DNA from: an uncultured archaeon
GTDB taxonomy: Archaea; Asgardarchaeota; Lokiarchaeia; Sigyniarchaeales; SOKP01
NCBI GenBank assembly: GCA_964486045.1
Contig: CAZALK010000017.1
Coordinates: 32,001-96,000, forward strand
Reading direction: 5' to 3'
Length of the DNA stretch: 64,000 bases
The notes below the pieces were generated by a model, which saw nothing but the letters and a program-made list of their open reading frames with translations, was not told the origin of the DNA and ran no database searches. The position numbers were made by a program, and so were the translations under genes. Below are positions 60,914 to 64,000 of this stretch, piece by piece (the first letter of the stretch is position 1; each line of letters opens with the position of its first letter).

Positions 60914-60947
60914 ATTTTACATTATTTACTTAGAATATGTATAAAAT

Positions 60948-62690
60948 TTATTTAAAATTCTTCTCAATAAAGTTCATAACTCTTTGAATCTCTTCTAAAT
61001 GTGTTTCCTTCTTGCCAAAAATATAGAACCTAATATCTGGACCTGTCCCACTTGGTCTAAAATACAAAGTAGAATCTTCACTTTTTAATTGATATATATC
61101 GATTTTTTCAGTATTATCTGATAAAACTTTCACATTATAGTTTTTACCATTGATTCGGATAAGTTGCTTGTCATTTATTAAAAAGTTTTTCATTAAACGA
61201 ACTTTTTCCCTATCTATGGCATGTATAGTACGATTTATTCCTTTTATCGACCAATCTATTGAATCAGAAATATTATATCCTCTGCAAATTAATTCTGTTA
61301 TTAATATTAAAGCGGGTACGGGGTATTTATCTGCAATTAAAGGTAGTTCAGTTTCAAATTTATAATTATCTCCCTCTTTTGACACCTTTAAAATGCTTAA
61401 AGTATGTCCCCCTGATTCCTCCCACATCACAACAATAAATTCTTCCTCCTCCAATCCACGCTCATTCATCAAACTAATTATTCTTTCCTTTAAAGGAGTA
61501 GATTTATTTATTTTGATCAAATTTCCATCTTTATTTTCAATATAGAGAATTGCTACATCTATCTTTGATTGATCCACTCCTATTCCGAATAGAAAATATA
61601 AAATTACACCTAAGTGTTTATATCCTACTCCTGTAAGAATGTTTAAGAAACTTGTATGATCTCCTCTTAAATCACTTGGGATGGTTCTAACATTTAAAAT
61701 TTTCTTTTTAAATTCTTTAGCTAGAATATTGTGCATTGCAGAATAAATCTCATTTGGTATATATGTAAAATATTGCCCATTTTGCTTTATATATAATGCG
61801 ATTCGATCTCTGTCAGCATCAAGAAGTAAAGCTATGCTAGATTTTACCTGTTCCATTACTTCTTGTAACTTTTCTTCCCGAATTATTTTTATGGGGTTAG
61901 GAGGATTGATCTCTTCATCTATTAGGGTAACATTTGCTCCGTATTCTTTAAATAAGCTAACAATCCCTCTTGCTTTACCTAAATACGGCCAAATAACAAT
62001 ATTTTTACCTCTTAAGCTTTTAATTTCTATAACTTTAGACACTAACTTTTTAGTATATTCATTATTTTTCTTTTCAGCATCAGTTAAAGAGGGATTAAAA
62101 GGTTTAAAGGAAATAGTTTTATATTCTAAAGCTCTTTTAGAAATATCTTTAAAAATTTCGCCTGAAAGAGGTATAGGATAATCAATATAAGCTTTTATAC
62201 CATTCCATGATAAATCATTATGGCTTGCAGTTAGTACTATAACCAGATTAATATCATCATATAATACTACCGATGCCGCTCCATAGGGAGATGAAATTCT
62301 TGACTTCCCTACGTCATCCTTCTGATATAAAATTTCATATCCATTATAAGAAAATATCTGAGAACAATAATCTAATAACAAATCTTTAGTTGGTCTATTA
62401 TCTGTGAATATGAGTATCTTAAGGTTTTCATTTTTCTTCATATCTTTAAATTTCTGACTAATAGCCTTAAAAACTCGAAAAAATAGAAATAACTTTCTAT
62501 TCGTCAATATATATTTTTTATTATCTCTATCGTCTTTTTTATCCAGTAATTGAATCCTTAAGCCAGAGGTTGGAGGAACAATGGGGTTAATTATGTTTCT
62601 TTCCTCTTGAGTTAAATCTGGTAAATTTAGTATTTTAATTCCATCTTTTAATGTTTTTAAGTGAATATTTTCTTTTTCAAATTCAATCAT
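60948..62690 (-). CDS. Alpha-D-phosphohexomutase (PGM/PMM) family protein, divergent
   Basis: TSGLR, DNRP, TASHN, DADRDR, GVGYK, EESGGH, RPSGTGP. Confidence 0.85.
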   Translation of the reverse strand: MIEFEKENIHLKTLKDGIKILNLPDLTQEERNIINPIVPPTSGLRIQLLDKKDDRDNKKYILTNRKLFLFFRVFKAISQKFKDMKKNENLKILIFTDNRPTKDLLLDYCSQIFSYNGYEILYQKDDVGKSRISSPYGAASVVLYDDINLVIVLTASHNDLSWNGIKAYIDYPIPLSGEIFKDISKRALEYKTISFKPFNPSLTDAEKKNNEYTKKLVSKVIEIKSLRGKNIVIWPYLGKARGIVSLFKEYGANVTLIDEEINPPNPIKIIREEKLQEVMEQVKSSIALLLDADRDRIALYIKQNGQYFTYIPNEIYSAMHNILAKEFKKKILNVRTIPSDLRGDHTSFLNILTGVGYKHLGVILYFLFGIGVDQSKIDVAILYIENKDGNLIKINKSTPLKERIISLMNERGLEEEEFIVVMWEESGGHTLSILKVSKEGDNYKFETELPLIADKYPVPALILITELICRGYNISDSIDWSIKGINRTIHAIDREKVRLMKNFLINDKQLIRINGKNYNVKVLSDNTEKIDIYQLKSEDSTLYFRPSGTGPDIRFYIFGKKETHLEEIQRVMNFIEKNFK

Positions 62691-62698
62691 ATTTTAAC

Positions 62699-63589
62699 CT
62701 ATGACTTTTTATCAGGAATTTCTTTTATCGCTTCCCTTATAATTGCTAATATTTTTTCCCTATACATTGGTTCAATGGAGATCATACCATGTGTTTTTAT
62801 AACTCGCTTCTCACTTGATAGAATTCTTTCGCAAAACTCAGGTGTAAGCCGATTGGGTAAATCTTGTTTATTAGCAATGCCAATTATGAATTTATCCTGA
62901 AAAAACTTATCCAATATATCATGAATAATTTCTTTTGATCCATTGATATTTTCAAAAGTTGAATCAGTAACCAAGATCGTAATGTCTGTACCCTCAAGTA
63001 GACTTCTCCATAAAGACCTAAATTGTGCCTGACCTGCAAAATCCCACAGCGTTAATCTCCTGCCTAATTCATCTCCTTCGTATTCAGCAATATCAGCCGT
63101 AATTGTGGGGACATATTCAAGGTCTACATCCTTTCCGCAGATAAGGCGAGTTAATGTAGTTTTACCTACACCTCCGAAACCGATAATGGATATTTTAATC
63201 GCTCCCAAAATAATGTTATCTAACTCTTTCTCAAATTCGAGAAAAATAGAGCGATTTCCTGCCCATTTGTTTGATTTGATAAGTTTTCCATATTTTTCTA
63301 AAAATTTTGACCTGATACTTAGGATTTTTGAGTTTACTAATGCATCATCATCTTCTAAGTCACTGCATGCTACGATGATTATTGTATCAATTATTGTATA
63401 AAAATATTTAAAATCTTCCGTTTGAGTGCTTTTAATATCACTTTGGCTGATTTCTTTCATAAATCCTGAGAATGCGCTTAGAAAACCAGCTAATAAATCT
63501 CTATCTACCTCGGATGTTCCGTAGTTTCTAAAAAGTAATGATTTCCCGTCTTTAGTAAGAATATTTACGTATTGAATCAACTTTTCCAC
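62699..63589 (-). CDS. Longin domain fused to a Ras-superfamily (Arf/Rab-like) small GTPase
   Basis: ILTKDGKSLLFRNY..LLAGFLSAF longin; GFGGVGKTT, PTI, WDFAGQ, ANKQD. Confidence 0.88.
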   Translation of the reverse strand: MEKLIQYVNILTKDGKSLLFRNYGTSEVDRDLLAGFLSAFSGFMKEISQSDIKSTQTEDFKYFYTIIDTIIIVACSDLEDDDALVNSKILSIRSKFLEKYGKLIKSNKWAGNRSIFLEFEKELDNIILGAIKISIIGFGGVGKTTLTRLICGKDVDLEYVPTITADIAEYEGDELGRRLTLWDFAGQAQFRSLWRSLLEGTDITILVTDSTFENINGSKEIIHDILDKFFQDKFIIGIANKQDLPNRLTPEFCERILSSEKRVIKTHGMISIEPMYREKILAIIREAIKEIPDKKS

Positions 63590-63753
63590 TTAAGATGTTC
63601 TTTATTATCGTATTTTATTATAGCATTATATTAAACATAGCAATTATATTATTATTATTAAATTATAAAATTCAATTAAAAAATAAATTTTGTAAAGGAC
63701 TTATTTTAAATTGATAAATAAGTTTTTTAATCGATTTAAAGGGAGAAACTTTC

Positions 63754-64000
63754 ATGATTAATAAGGAAAATGAAGAGATACCTGATTTCATCAAAGAAAC
63801 TAGTGAAACAATTGAAAAATTTGCAAATATACTCGAAAAATTCGGACTTGATATAATAACTAAAATTGGACAAACAAACTTTAAAATCAACATTCTAACA
63901 GATAAAATTGACGAATTAAGTAAGGCAACAATAGATGTTAAAGCACTATTACCACAATTGACAAATGTTATTGAAAACCAAAAAATTTTAGAGGAAGAAC
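63754..64000 (+). CDS. Hypothetical coiled-coil protein, 3' truncated by the window
   Basis: GGGAGA SD then ATG; MINKENEEIPDFIKETSETIEKFANILEKFGLDI... open to the window end. Confidence 0.7.
   Translation, partial: MINKENEEIPDFIKETSETIEKFANILEKFGLDIITKIGQTNFKINILTDKIDELSKATIDVKALLPQLTNVIENQKILEEE

Noticed and set aside
3044-63893. Many 60-150 aa ORFs antisense to or nested in longer genes (e.g. 3044, 14011, 33498, 58248, 63672)
   Set aside because: Shadow frames of well-supported CDSs with no family motifs.

Overview
AT-rich (roughly 30% GC by eye) prokaryotic chromosomal DNA, most likely an Asgard archaeon of the Lokiarchaeia type. The evidence is IPGY-TM-basic Loki-CTERM tails, longin-small GTPase fusions, a gelsolin-like domain, a SIR2-TPR protein, geranylgeranyl reductase, an MJ0400-type aldolase and a short XPF. 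The window holds a complete trpDCFBAEG operon, a vapBC pair, beta-oxidation genes, nadB, a MacB/FtsX-type ABC system with a divergent TetR, and an array of large paralogous surface glycoproteins. The main finding is an ORF missing from the supplied track, upstream of trpD: MATVKSSAWRWQWPWR* (9750-9800, four Trp codons). It sits about 25 nt behind a TATA-like box and is followed by U-tracts and alternative hairpins, while the seven Trp enzymes contain one Trp in 2222 residues. This looks like leader-peptide (ribosome-sensed) attenuation in an archaeon. Also hidden in the intergenic DNA: a diverged duplicate of the nadB 3' end bracketing a 2.8 kb islet, a decayed HNH nuclease inside that islet, and a relic of a fourth surface-protein paralog. 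I saw no tRNA, rRNA or CRISPR array. All family calls come from motif recognition, not database searches.
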